Source of the DNA: a virus
Virus record (IMG/VR): IMGVR_UViG_3300042520_001624
Location: 7,485 to 71,484 of that record
Strand: one strand, 5' to 3'
DNA length: 64,000 bases
A model generated the notes under the pieces. That model saw nothing but the letters and a program-made list of their open reading frames with translations. It did no database searches and was not told the DNA's origin. Every line of letters starts with the position of its first letter. Position 1 is the stretch's first letter. This document shows, in pieces, positions 17,846-28,281 of the stretch. Position numbers and translations under genes: made by a program.

Positions 17846-19879
17846 ATGGCCGGAGCTGGCTTTGTACGACGGTATGGCTACTTCCCCGGGACGGAAGAGC
17901 TCAACGCAATTGAGGGTGTGGTCATTGTCGACCAGCGCTCTCCCGGTCCTATTAGCGGGGCTAGCTACGGCGTCGTGTGTGTGGTCGGCGAAGCCACCAA
18001 CATGTCGTCTGTGTGCAAGGTAAACACAGCTGGCGAAGTTGTGTCTTCGTTCCGCGTGCAGGAAGTCTATGGCGGTTCGGATCTCCTCGACAAGATCGGT
18101 GGGTTCGATTCGACTCTTGGGGACTTCGGCGATGAGATGGGCAACCTCTTTGTTGAGGTTCGCAACAAGCGTTTCTCCCGTCTCGCAGTCTGCCCGGTAG
18201 ACCTTGTTCGTCCGGCTTCGGGGACTACGCAGTACGCTGTTCGCTGCTGGCGTCAGCTCCCGACCAACACGAGCGCTACGGACACAACCCCGATTACTCC
18301 GGGGGTTGCTGTACGTCTTGAGGCAGGTTCGGAGTTCCGAGCCAGCACAGACCGCGTTATCACGGCAGCTCCTGTAGATTTTTCGGGGACTCCTCCGAAG
18401 ATTGTGGGCGTGAACGGTACTACGTCGGTATCGGGTCTTCCTGCGGCCACGGTAACGCTTACATCGTCCGGTGCAAACTTCGAGACTAACGGGGTTGCTA
18501 TTGGGGATGTTGTAGTTGTTGGCTCGCTCAATGCGGTTGCTCTGTCGCAGAACCTTGTCTGCGCTGCAACTCTTCGTGTAGTGACCGTAGACTCGGAGAC
18601 GCAGCTTACTCTGCAGAAGCTTGCTGGAGGCACCTTCACCGCTAGTACCGACTGGTTGGCTGGTTCTGCTCTTGCCTACCGCGTACACCGTGGAACTGAC
18701 GCCGACTCGGGGGCTGGTTACGTGCTGTCCGGTCCGGCAGGCTACTCAGTACTTGCTCGCCCGATTACCGGTACTGTTTCGGCTGCTACAGCCCTTGCAG
18801 CGTACCCGACTCCCACTGCTCCTACAGGGGCTGTCTGGGACGAGCTTTCGGGCCTTACTGGAGTAACGCACCCGACCGGGGCACTTACCTACGATGCCAA
18901 CGTACACGCTCCGAACCTGACGACCACCTCGTTGCTCCGGACCCGCTACATTGACGCGTTCAACGCTCTTCTCAACGACGTAGAGCCCGTGAACTCGATC
19001 TCGCTGGTTACCTGCGCACGTAAGGACAACACGATTCAGAGCCACCTACGTCTGCACTGCCTGTCGGCATCGCAGCGTGGCATGTCCCGCATGTACGTCA
19101 TCTCTCCGAAGCTGACAACTCTTACCAAGTCGACCATCCTCTCGGCTGCTGCTCCTGGCGTGGGCGGCACTGGCGGTGGTGCTATCCGCAACGAGCGGGG
19201 GATTTACTCGTGGCCCGGCTGCCGCACGTTCATCCCGGAGCTTGTCGGTACCGAGGTTGATTGCTCGGACGGTACGACTACGGACGATGGCTACATTGAT
19301 GTGTCGATGGACACTTGGGTAGCCTGTCTGCTGTCGAACCTTCAGCCTGAGTTGAACCCTGGACAGGCTGCAGAGCCTGTACCGACCATCTTCAGTCCGA
19401 TCATCGGCTATCAGCGGGGCACCCCTTCGCTGGACATGTCGGACTACATCCTGTTCAAGCAGGCAGGTATCTGCGCGCTCCGGATGGATCGCGTAGTTGG
19501 TCCCATCCTCCAGTCCGGGATTACTACGTCCCTGACTTCCGGAGAGAAGAACATCAACCGTCGCCGGATGGCAGACTTCATCCAGGACTCTCTGGCTGCT
19601 CGCTACAACCAGATGTCCAAGATGCTTGGTCGCCAGTCGATTAAAGACAGCCTCCTGTCGGAGACAGTGGCTTTCTATGAGGATCTGCTCTCGGACAACA
19701 ACCCGGAAGCACAGCGGATTGAGAGCTACTCGGTAGACGACAAGTCTCCGAATACCCCCGCGCTTTCTGCGCAGGGTATCTGGATCATCAAGAGTGTGGT
19801 GCGCATGCTGCCGACCCTTGATGTGATTGTTTGCCAGTCTGAGGTAAGCCCGGATGCCATCACGGTGACGGCTAGCTGA
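17846..19879 (+). CDS. Tail sheath protein
   Basis: 677 aa; N-terminal GVVIVD...ISG and C-terminal INRRRMADFI motifs. Confidence 0.85.
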   Translation: MAGAGFVRRYGYFPGTEELNAIEGVVIVDQRSPGPISGASYGVVCVVGEATNMSSVCKVNTAGEVVSSFRVQEVYGGSDLLDKIGGFDSTLGDFGDEMGNLFVEVRNKRFSRLAVCPVDLVRPASGTTQYAVRCWRQLPTNTSATDTTPITPGVAVRLEAGSEFRASTDRVITAAPVDFSGTPPKIVGVNGTTSVSGLPAATVTLTSSGANFETNGVAIGDVVVVGSLNAVALSQNLVCAATLRVVTVDSETQLTLQKLAGGTFTASTDWLAGSALAYRVHRGTDADSGAGYVLSGPAGYSVLARPITGTVSAATALAAYPTPTAPTGAVWDELSGLTGVTHPTGALTYDANVHAPNLTTTSLLRTRYIDAFNALLNDVEPVNSISLVTCARKDNTIQSHLRLHCLSASQRGMSRMYVISPKLTTLTKSTILSAAAPGVGGTGGGAIRNERGIYSWPGCRTFIPELVGTEVDCSDGTTTDDGYIDVSMDTWVACLLSNLQPELNPGQAAEPVPTIFSPIIGYQRGTPSLDMSDYILFKQAGICALRMDRVVGPILQSGITTSLTSGEKNINRRRMADFIQDSLAARYNQMSKMLGRQSIKDSLLSETVAFYEDLLSDNNPEAQRIESYSVDDKSPNTPALSAQGIWIIKSVVRMLPTLDVIVCQSEVSPDAITVTAS

Positions 19880-20002
19880 GCTTGCTTCGCGGTCTGGGGG
19901 TTCTGTTCCTTGCCCTGGACCCCAAGCCCGTGGCCCGCGGGTAGCCGAAAGGCAGGGCGATTTTCTAGCTCGGTAGTCTGGTAATCACGAAAGGTAAATG
20001 CT

Positions 20003-20437
20003 GTGGCCCAAAGAATTCTAGGACAGAACGTAAGCGTAATCGTGATTCAGGACTCCGCACCTCTGCAGGAGATCAACTGCATCCGGAGCTTTTCGTTTAA
20101 CTACGAGCTAGAGCTGAAGGACGAGGGCTACCTTGGCGAGACTACCAACCGCAAGGACTCGGTCTTCAAGGGAATCAAGTTCGACATGGAGCTACACGCT
20201 GCGTCGAACGACATCTTCAATCTGATTCGGTCTGCTGTGGACAAGGCTCGGCGCCGTACCCCTGGCACCCGTATCAACGTGAAGGCATCGCTCACGTGGC
20301 CTAATGGCGACCGTGCAGTCATTACCTTCCCCGACGTGGAGTTCGGTCCTTTTCCTGTGAACACCAACTCGCGTACGGACTACGTGACTATCAAGCTCGA
20401 AGGCGCATGCTCTGAGGCTCTCGCCGTACTCACCTGA
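20003..20437 (+). CDS. Tail tube protein
   Basis: 144-aa beta-rich ORF after the sheath gene. Confidence 0.75.
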   Translation: MAQRILGQNVSVIVIQDSAPLQEINCIRSFSFNYELELKDEGYLGETTNRKDSVFKGIKFDMELHAASNDIFNLIRSAVDKARRRTPGTRINVKASLTWPNGDRAVITFPDVEFGPFPVNTNSRTDYVTIKLEGACSEALAVLT

Positions 20438-20481
20438 TCTGCATAGGGCAGGTCTAGTTCCAACCAAGGCAAGGAAAGAAC

Positions 20482-20871
20482 ATGTCTGACAATCAGCTGA
20501 ATCCCCGCTCGTACCGACAGCCGGTCGAGGTCACTTTCACATTCCCAGAGAAGGTACAGGCCGAGATCGGTTACGTGTCTGTAACCGTTCGGGAGCTCAA
20601 GGCTTCGTCTGAGGCGCGAGCATTGGCTCGCGCTGGCAACGACGGCGCAAAGCTTATTACAGAGCTCGTGAAGGAGTCTGTAGTGTGCGCTGTCGATCTG
20701 GACGGCGTCAGTGGCAAAATCTCAACCGCGGACGAGTCTATTGAAATTTTTATGGACCGTCTGGGACCAAAGGGCCGGACTGCTTTGATGGCTGCTTACT
20801 CGAATGTGAACCAGCCGCAGCAAGACGAGATTGCGGATTTTTTGAAGTCAGCAAAAGCAGTCGTCCGCTAA
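20482..20871 (+). CDS. Tail assembly chaperone (short form)
   Basis: Between tube and tape measure genes; VTVREL motif; slippery TTTTTTG at 20838-20844. Confidence 0.75.
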   Translation: MSDNQLNPRSYRQPVEVTFTFPEKVQAEIGYVSVTVRELKASSEARALARAGNDGAKLITELVKESVVCAVDLDGVSGKISTADESIEIFMDRLGPKGRTALMAAYSNVNQPQQDEIADFLKSAKAVVR

Positions 20872-21074
20872 CTTTTGCTGAGTATCTGCTCGGCGGAAAG
20901 AAACACGGCACTGCAGAGCACGCCGATGCTTTCTGGCAGAGGCTAGCCGTTGCCTGCCGTTACGGGCATACTACTCTGTGTGATGCAATGGAGATGCCAC
21001 TGTCCGACTTGTTCAAGTTTACTGAAGCAGTCGGTAAGCTGGTCGAGCAGGAGAACAAGCCCGGAGAGTCGTAA
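20838..21074 (+). CDS. -1 frameshift extension of the tail chaperone
   Basis: The -1 frame is open from T-TTT-TTG to the TAA at 21072-21074, which overlaps the tape-measure ATG. Confidence 0.75.
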   Translation, partial: FFEVSKSSRPLTFAEYLLGGKKHGTAEHADAFWQRLAVACRYGHTTLCDAMEMPLSDLFKFTEAVGKLVEQENKPGES

Positions 21075-23209
21075 TGTTTGAAGTAGCCCAGCAACTTTCT
21101 TACTATCTTAGAGTCGTAGATGGCGGGGCTACTTCAAAGCTTGTTTCTTTCGGACAGCAGCTTGCTTCCGTAGGAATGATTGCTTCTTCTGTTAGACAGT
21201 CTCTGCAGACTGCTCTAGCTCCAATGCAGTCGGTGGCGACTGCATGGTCTGGCCGGGAGCAGCAACTTAACAGCATGTCGCGCACTCTTCGACAGTACGA
21301 AATTGTCGGAACTTCAATTGCAGAAATCAACGAGCGGATAAACCGCAGCATGGTGAACAGCACTGTGTCGGAGCGGGCAGCCGCACAAACTGCTGCTTAC
21401 CGGCAACAGTTTACAGATGCTCGCCAGTTCTCACGCGGAATCATCCAGCAGATGTCGGAAGACGCGGCGATCCTTCCCGGAGAGCTTAACGACTATGCCG
21501 CGTCTTTTGCCAGCTTTTTGCCCGCTGCAATGGGCTCCGCAACCCGTCGAGTAAACGGACATCTCCAAACGCGCACAGTAGGGGAGATTCTTCGGACCTC
21601 CAACTACTTGACAGCAGGCGGTGTCTCTGCAGGCATTGATGCCCCGCAGGTGTCTAGAGACATCATGGGCATGATGCAGGGCGTTGCGGGTCTTGATAAC
21701 CGTACGTGGCGAGAAGTCGTTAAGAACTACGCGACTTTCCGGGGACGTAGAATCACAGACGCGGGACAGTTTAATCGCCTGACCGGAGACCAGCGGTTTG
21801 AAGTGCTTGCAGATGTGGCTTCTCGTTTGCAGCCGCTAATGGACGCAACTGGAGACGCATACGAGGCTATCATAGGCACGTTCGTGTCGCTTCGGCATGA
21901 GCTGTTCTTGTCTATTACAGAGCCGGTCTACAACGCTTGGAAAGGCATTATCTCCGCAACAACTGTACAGATGGCCCGACTAGCGCCTATTGTAGAGCGT
22001 ATTAGCGGGCGGCTGCTGCAACCTGTTACACGCTGGATGGAGCGTTTTGCGCAAGTAATGCCCAAGGTCGGAGAGAAGCTGGAGCAGTGGCTTACAGCTC
22101 TTCCCGAGAAGATGTCTCAGGTGTCGACCCGGGCATGGGCAATGTACTCCGCCGGAAAAACCCACATGAATGAAATGTTGCGTGGCTTTTTTGCTAGCCA
22201 CCCAGCGTTCGGCAGTCGAAGATCCTCTGTAAATGGAACCATGGCGGCCGTTCTTGGCGTGCCACTCGCAACGCTAGTAACAGACTTGGGAAGCGCCGCA
22301 AAGACTTTCTTCCTGCAAGCTCTGCCGTTGCTGTTGATGCGCAGCTTGGGCGTTGCATTGGGACCTGTTGGTATATTCCTTACCGTGCTGCTCGGCCGTG
22401 TATTTGGCATGGGCGCGTTTGGTGGGGCCAGCGGCACCGGGATTGTTGCGTTCATAGGACAACTTGTGACGGCGTTTGCTCCCCTTGTACTCATGCTAGA
22501 CGCGTTTATGAACGTGCTGGCGGTCGGCGTCAGCACTGTTCTTCCCGTGCTGTTCACAACGTTGCAGCTACTAGGGGGCGTTGTAACCGGCGTTCTTTTG
22601 CCAATCTTTACCGTGTTTCAAGTGCTGGTGTACGGAGCCGCAGCTATCTTGGTAGTCGCTCTGTTTGGTCTTGCGGTCGCGTTTAACATTCTGTGGGAAG
22701 TAGTTAAAGCTACCGCCCGTATTTTGCTAACAGGGTTTTCGTACATGGGGTTCCTTACGGGACCTTTGCGCAACTTGAATCTAGACATTACCAACTTCGC
22801 AGAGACGATGCGGCAGCTGTCTATGAACCTTAGAAACTGGTGGACTGAACTCGGGGAGAGCGTTCAGTACCTCAAGCTGCAGCTACACCTCATCAGTGCG
22901 GAAGAGTACCAACGCAACCTTCGGTCTCGGGAAGAGGTGCGTTTGTCCAGAGCTTTTGACGAAACAGAAGCAGGCTTGGCGGAAATTCAGCGCCGCACGA
23001 GCACGTTTAACCCAAACCGACGTGGTCGTCCGGAAGCAAACCGCCCGCAAGTTCACCAGGATTTTCGATACAGCCGGTTCGACATTACGCAGAAGTTTGC
23101 AGAGGGCTTTAGCCCCGAGCGTGTAGCTGCCGCATTTGTGGGAGACTTGGAGTCGATGGCCTCTCAGCGACTATCTAGCGGGTTTGCTCCTGCGTTCTCG
23201 AATGGGTGA
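21074..23209 (+). CDS. Tape measure protein
   Basis: 711 aa, helical and Ala-rich with a long hydrophobic stretch; canonical position. Confidence 0.8.
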   Translation: MFEVAQQLSYYLRVVDGGATSKLVSFGQQLASVGMIASSVRQSLQTALAPMQSVATAWSGREQQLNSMSRTLRQYEIVGTSIAEINERINRSMVNSTVSERAAAQTAAYRQQFTDARQFSRGIIQQMSEDAAILPGELNDYAASFASFLPAAMGSATRRVNGHLQTRTVGEILRTSNYLTAGGVSAGIDAPQVSRDIMGMMQGVAGLDNRTWREVVKNYATFRGRRITDAGQFNRLTGDQRFEVLADVASRLQPLMDATGDAYEAIIGTFVSLRHELFLSITEPVYNAWKGIISATTVQMARLAPIVERISGRLLQPVTRWMERFAQVMPKVGEKLEQWLTALPEKMSQVSTRAWAMYSAGKTHMNEMLRGFFASHPAFGSRRSSVNGTMAAVLGVPLATLVTDLGSAAKTFFLQALPLLLMRSLGVALGPVGIFLTVLLGRVFGMGAFGGASGTGIVAFIGQLVTAFAPLVLMLDAFMNVLAVGVSTVLPVLFTTLQLLGGVVTGVLLPIFTVFQVLVYGAAAILVVALFGLAVAFNILWEVVKATARILLTGFSYMGFLTGPLRNLNLDITNFAETMRQLSMNLRNWWTELGESVQYLKLQLHLISAEEYQRNLRSREEVRLSRAFDETEAGLAEIQRRTSTFNPNRRGRPEANRPQVHQDFRYSRFDITQKFAEGFSPERVAAAFVGDLESMASQRLSSGFAPAFSNG

Positions 23210-23221
23210 TAGACTGTTGTC

Positions 23222-24475
23222 ATGGCGATTTCAGAGGTTCCGGCATTCACGATCAGGGAACTAGGGGGTCGACGTCGTGCGATCACTCTTGTTGCTCGTG
23301 GTTTGCCCTATCGTCCTTTGACCCTAGAGGGTGAGCAACGGGTAAAGATCACCAATCCTGCAGGCAATCCCATTGGCTACGGCACAGTCATGGGGTCCAT
23401 GGAGGGGGAAACTCAGATCGAGGGATTTTGGAAAGACAAGTACCTCAACTACTCGACAGCTTTTGCGGAGCGTCCCGGGCAAGCCCCAATCATTCTGGTC
23501 CAGCCCCGTACTCCCGGAGCCAACGGTGGGGCACTCGGAAACTTCTCTCCGGGCACGTCGGGCACTCCAGTAACTTCTGTTGTGGACGCTATTAGTTTGC
23601 TGGACTCTGTCCGCACGGAAGGGCAGCTGCTGGAGGTCCAGTGGGGTTACGTAATCCGTCGTGGGTATCTCAAGAAACTCTCTCAGAAGTGGCACAACAT
23701 TCACGACTGCGAGTGGTCTGCCAACTTCGCCTGGGTCTCTAAAGATCGAGTACCAGAGTCTCCGGAGTTTGGTCCCCCTGCCGGACAGCGCGAGATCGGT
23801 TCCAATCTTCGTAGCCTGTTGCGAAACGCGCTTCGGATTATCGACACTCCTCGTGCTTTGATGTCGGAGTACATGCAGGAATATCGCAACTTCCTAAACA
23901 GGATTGCGGATGCTTCCTACTCCATTGATCAGAGTGTTACAGGTTTGATCGACGAGGCTTCTCCTATCCGCGCAGCGTCTGAGATACAGACTACGCTCGG
24001 CGGTATTGCTCAAACTGCTTTCAACATCAAAGACAAAACAGAAGCTGACGGGTGGGCAGGAGTCTTTGAGGACTACCGGAGAGCTATCCCGTTCGGTTCT
24101 TACATCGGGACTAGCAGCGGTAGTGCTGATAGTCGTTTTGCGGCTGCGGAACAGGCAGCTTTGGACGCCTTGGATCCGGAAGAGGTGATGAAGGCCCAGC
24201 TCTACGTTAGGGAAACGGTCTCAGACCTCCGCAGAGTGCAGGATGAGACAGAAGCACGTCGGCGGTACTTCGAGGCTACTCCGGAGCGGGCGTTGGGTCT
24301 GTATCGTGCCAGGGAAGGGGATGATCTTCGCTACGTGTCTCAACTGTATTATGGTACGCCCACTCAGTGGCGTGCTCTAATGCTATTCAACGGTCTGGAT
24401 ACTACCGAGCTGTATCCGGGACAGACCATTACAATTCCGCGCATTGATCAGCCGGAAGACGAGGCGCAGTTGTGA
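23222..24475 (+). CDS. Baseplate/tube-initiator protein with C-terminal LysM-like domain
   Basis: C-terminal EGDDLRYVSQLYYG...W...N...LYPGQTITIP. Confidence 0.7.
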   Translation: MAISEVPAFTIRELGGRRRAITLVARGLPYRPLTLEGEQRVKITNPAGNPIGYGTVMGSMEGETQIEGFWKDKYLNYSTAFAERPGQAPIILVQPRTPGANGGALGNFSPGTSGTPVTSVVDAISLLDSVRTEGQLLEVQWGYVIRRGYLKKLSQKWHNIHDCEWSANFAWVSKDRVPESPEFGPPAGQREIGSNLRSLLRNALRIIDTPRALMSEYMQEYRNFLNRIADASYSIDQSVTGLIDEASPIRAASEIQTTLGGIAQTAFNIKDKTEADGWAGVFEDYRRAIPFGSYIGTSSGSADSRFAAAEQAALDALDPEEVMKAQLYVRETVSDLRRVQDETEARRRYFEATPERALGLYRAREGDDLRYVSQLYYGTPTQWRALMLFNGLDTTELYPGQTITIPRIDQPEDEAQL

Positions 24476-26442
24476 CAGTTCTTGGTACGGAGTCTTTCTA
24501 CCCTAGCTGCGTGGTCAACCTGACGCTTATCTTTGAGAGCAAGCTACAGGTCCGCGTGCAGGAGGAATCCGGGCAGCAGACTGAGTTTCTCGTCAACCAG
24601 AGTGATTCCAGCACGTTTGTAATGAACCGGGTACCCAAGAAGTGCTCCGTACACCTACAAGGACATACCCAAGCCGCTACTTACAAGTTGATCTTTGATT
24701 ATCGGGAACTGCCGATTGATCCTCGTACAGTTGTAGCGTGCTCTGCAGAGATTCACCTCGGAACAGTCTCTGCATCCGACTTTGCAGAAGGCATGCGGCG
24801 AACTCTCCCGAATGGCAACCGCAGGTCTATTCTTGTTACTCGGACAGACGACAACGTTCCTATCGACGACAACTTGCTCATGGTTGGTCCTGCAGACAAC
24901 TGGACTGTAGAGTTCGGAGCAGACGGAGCAGAAGTTCACATCGAAGGCAGAGATCTTCGGGGGCTTTTGTTGGACTCCCCGCTTGTTTCCTTTGCAGATG
25001 TCTACGACGAGGCAAACCCCACGAGACAGGGCATGCCCTCTCGTCGCCGACGCCGGTCTACAATCTTGTCTCGTATTCAGCTGAACGTACCTATTCAGAC
25101 TGTAATCAAGCAGATTCTGGCGGAACACGACACAATCCGACATCTCCCTACCAGAGAGCAGATTCAGGTGCGTGTATACCCGGAGGAGTGGCCCGACCAG
25201 AAGGTGCTCGGTCCTGGGGACGAGGCTGTACTACCTCGTAATCGTCGGGGGGCTAACGGACAAGGGGCCAACGCTGGCGGCGCTTCCAACAGCATGAACT
25301 TCTGGGACCTAATCACACGCATGTGTTATCTGGTCGGTGCTGTCCCCAAGTTTGTAGGCAGGAATCTGGAGATTCGCTACGCCCCTTCGCTGTTCAACAT
25401 GATCGCTAGAGACCGGTCTGGACAGCCTATGGAGACTCCTTTTCGTCCTAACCGACGGCGGGAACTCGGAGAGGATGCTTGGGGAATCCGCCGTCTGGTC
25501 TGGGGTCGAGATATCCAGAGCATGAAGATCGCTCGGAAGTATGCGGGCGTAAACAAGCCGCACTCGATCCGCGTGGTGGCCCAGAACACGGGCTCAGGGG
25601 CTCGTGGGAGGCGGCAGATGCTCCAGGTTGTGTGGCCCCCCAGAACCGTGCGGGAGGCCCGTGCGCAGGGCGTGGGGTGGACTCCTATTCGTGACGCTCT
25701 TGGAGGCCAAGAGTCTCAGGAGATCCGCACCTACCGCGTCCCCGGAGTAGCATCTCTCGCACGTCTTACGCAGATTGCCCAGTCTTTCTACGAGCAGATT
25801 GGTCGCCAAGAGATGTCTGGAGACATCGAAGCTGCCCGCGTAACTTCTTTCGGAGGGACCAACGCAGACCCTGACTTGCTACGTCTGCGGGTAGGGGATC
25901 CTATCGAGCTGCTTGTAGACGCTAGCCGTCTAGACTCCAACGCCCCAATTGTGTCTACCCTGAATGCTACAGCACAGATGCCGTACGCAGAGTCTGTCGC
26001 TCAGGTCGCACGGCATCTGAACGGTAACACGGGTCTTGCTCGCGTAATTGTTGCCACCGCACGAGGTAACATCATGGGAGCACTTCGCTACTTTATGGTC
26101 TCTTCTGTGAACTTCGACTGGAGTTATGAGGAGGTCACGGTCAAAGCAGACGTACAGAACTACATCATCTACCGCTGGGGAGAAACAGATCGAGAGGGAC
26201 TCGCTAACGCTCGTCGACACTCCGGAACTCCGACTGCGCGCAGAACAGGTACTGCTAGCTCTAGAACAACGAACGCAGTACCGCAGCCCGCTGTTGCTGG
26301 GGGGCGTGTCCCTACCGCAAACTTGCCGACCGCGCCGTCCTTTGACATTGAGGAGCCCCAGACAGATTCTGCTCTTCAAGGACTTAGAGGGAATGAAGTT
26401 GCAGAGCTGAGCGAGTTCCGGTCGACAGGAAGGTGGCGATGA
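24472..26442 (+). CDS. Baseplate hub protein
   Basis: IEGRDLRGLLLD motif; between the LysM gene and the spike gene. Confidence 0.65.
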   Translation: MTVLGTESFYPSCVVNLTLIFESKLQVRVQEESGQQTEFLVNQSDSSTFVMNRVPKKCSVHLQGHTQAATYKLIFDYRELPIDPRTVVACSAEIHLGTVSASDFAEGMRRTLPNGNRRSILVTRTDDNVPIDDNLLMVGPADNWTVEFGADGAEVHIEGRDLRGLLLDSPLVSFADVYDEANPTRQGMPSRRRRRSTILSRIQLNVPIQTVIKQILAEHDTIRHLPTREQIQVRVYPEEWPDQKVLGPGDEAVLPRNRRGANGQGANAGGASNSMNFWDLITRMCYLVGAVPKFVGRNLEIRYAPSLFNMIARDRSGQPMETPFRPNRRRELGEDAWGIRRLVWGRDIQSMKIARKYAGVNKPHSIRVVAQNTGSGARGRRQMLQVVWPPRTVREARAQGVGWTPIRDALGGQESQEIRTYRVPGVASLARLTQIAQSFYEQIGRQEMSGDIEAARVTSFGGTNADPDLLRLRVGDPIELLVDASRLDSNAPIVSTLNATAQMPYAESVAQVARHLNGNTGLARVIVATARGNIMGALRYFMVSSVNFDWSYEEVTVKADVQNYIIYRWGETDREGLANARRHSGTPTARRTGTASSRTTNAVPQPAVAGGRVPTANLPTAPSFDIEEPQTDSALQGLRGNEVAELSEFRSTGRWR

Positions 26443-27164
26443 CTCGTCGAAACATAGATCCTAGCCGTCTGTCGTCTCTGGTCTCGCGGCCAGGGATCGA
26501 CCCGCGTGTACACCTCACGCTCGGTATTGTGGACAGGGTGCTTGTGGACCCCGAGCACGGTGTGTTCGCCGACATTACCTACCTTCTGCACGAGGACAAC
26601 GATACAGCCACTGTAGGGACTGCCTACGCTGGCAACTTGTTTGGCCAGCACGTTCCACTTCAAGAAGAGGACACGGTACTCATCGCAATCCCCGAAGGGG
26701 ACACAGATGCAGGTCCCGTGATCATCTCTCGCATGTGGTCTGCCGGAGACAAGCCTTTCGCAGAGCAGCAAGGTACCGCCCTTACGGGCGAGGAAGCTGG
26801 TCTCTACGAACAGGCGGAGAAGGTCGTTCTCAGGTGCAAGCCCAGCACTCCGTATGAGATCTACGTTTCAGAAGGGGCAAACATCACGATCAAGGTCGAA
26901 GGCTCTGGAAACGCTAACGTCATTGTAGACTCTGGGAAAGTCTTCTTGTCGGATGTCTCCGGAACAGAGCCTGCCGCCAAAGGACAAACCCTAAAGTCTT
27001 ATCTGGATTCTCTGAAGAGCTGGGCTGATGCGCATGTGCACGGATACGTAAGTCCTGTAGCTGCTGCGTTGACAACACCCGCAACGCTGAGCCCGTCTGG
27101 AACACCGCCTGAACCGTCCCCGACAGTACCCGACGTTCGTGCTACAAAAGTAGAGTTGAAATGA
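26439..27164 (+). CDS. Baseplate spike (gpV-like)
   Basis: OB-fold-type PLQEEDTVLIAIPEGD motif and HVH metal-binding tip motif. Confidence 0.75.
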   Translation: MTRRNIDPSRLSSLVSRPGIDPRVHLTLGIVDRVLVDPEHGVFADITYLLHEDNDTATVGTAYAGNLFGQHVPLQEEDTVLIAIPEGDTDAGPVIISRMWSAGDKPFAEQQGTALTGEEAGLYEQAEKVVLRCKPSTPYEIYVSEGANITIKVEGSGNANVIVDSGKVFLSDVSGTEPAAKGQTLKSYLDSLKSWADAHVHGYVSPVAAALTTPATLSPSGTPPEPSPTVPDVRATKVELK

Positions 27165-27511
27165 AACTAAAGAGAGCCATGTTGGTGAAGCCTCGGAAGG
27201 ACCCTTCGGGGGGTCTTACGGCTGCTGGTCGCGCTCACTACAAGCGCAAGGAGGGTGCCAACCTCAAGCCCGGTGTGAAGGGGGCTGCGGACACTCCCGA
27301 GAAGATGCGCCGTAAAGGCTCTTGGGCGGCTCGCTTCTACTGCAGGGCCAAGATGCCCCCGCTGACCAAGCCGGACGGCTCTCCGACCCGACAGGCGCTT
27401 ACTGCGCGTGCTTGGGGCGAGCCCGTACCCAAGACCCGCGAGGGCGCTGCGCGCATCTGTGCGAAGGGCCGGAACCTGCTGGCTCGCTACAAAGCTCGGA
27501 AGGGGAAGTAA
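27161..27511 (+). CDS. Small basic phage protein (DUF6321-like)
   Basis: GGLTAAGRAHY...NLKP...RRKGSWAARF...PTRQAL; family recognised from memory. Confidence 0.55.
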   Translation: MKLKRAMLVKPRKDPSGGLTAAGRAHYKRKEGANLKPGVKGAADTPEKMRRKGSWAARFYCRAKMPPLTKPDGSPTRQALTARAWGEPVPKTREGAARICAKGRNLLARYKARKGK

Positions 27512-27512
27512 C

Positions 27513-28277
27513 TTGAGCTACGGACTCGGGGAGTGGGGACTTGATGTCTGGGGTGCAGACCCTCGTCTAAGTGTTCAGGGGGCTGTGGCAACCACCACGC
27601 ACTCTGTCACTGTCACTCTCTCACGTCCTCCTCGTGCCCGGTCCGTACTGTCCGCAGGAGATGCCCTGAACCCGTCTTCGTGGACTGTCGAGCGTGTAGA
27701 CGGTTCTAGAACGTTCACCCCTATTGGTGTTCTCAAGATCACAGATCGTAGATTCCAGATCTTTCTACGGGAGCCGCTATCGTCCCGGAACTACCAGCAT
27801 CGCGTACAGTCTTTGACACTGCTGTCCGCAGCTACAGGAGCAGTGATTTCTGCTCCTCGATATGTAGATTTCCCGGGAGTGCTTCCGACTACGGCAGTGA
27901 ACGAGCCTCGGGGTGCTTGGGACTTCGAGCAGACCAACATCCTAGCCGGAGCCCTAAACACAAGCACGGCGGGAACGTATACTCGTATCTTTACCGAGGA
28001 TGTTCTCCGCAAGCTCATCTACCGGCGTCTGACGACGCTACCTGGAGCTTACTACCACTTGAACCCGGACGATTTCGGACAAGGTTTGAAGGTCAAAGAG
28101 GGTCTGAGGGCGTCTTCTCTGCCTGCTCTGAAAGTAAATATCGAGCAGGAAGTTTTGAAAGAGCCGGGAGTGCTGTCTGCAACTGCTAAACTGGAGCTGA
28201 GTGCGGGACAGTTGTCTATTCACGTACGGGCACAGACACCTGATGGAGAAGTCGAGACTACACTAGTCTCCAGTTAA
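27513..28277 (+). CDS. Baseplate wedge / sheath initiator (gp25-like C-terminus)
   Basis: RRLTTLPGAY...PDDFG...EPGV motif; TTG start just after the preceding stop. Confidence 0.65.
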   Translation: MSYGLGEWGLDVWGADPRLSVQGAVATTTHSVTVTLSRPPRARSVLSAGDALNPSSWTVERVDGSRTFTPIGVLKITDRRFQIFLREPLSSRNYQHRVQSLTLLSAATGAVISAPRYVDFPGVLPTTAVNEPRGAWDFEQTNILAGALNTSTAGTYTRIFTEDVLRKLIYRRLTTLPGAYYHLNPDDFGQGLKVKEGLRASSLPALKVNIEQEVLKEPGVLSATAKLELSAGQLSIHVRAQTPDGEVETTLVSS

Positions 28278-28281
28278 ACCT

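Noticed and set aside
2980-23215. Shared late-promoter motif (TGnTAGnnT at about 2984, 14594 and 23207)
   Set aside because: Too short and inconsistent to support by eye without motif statistics.
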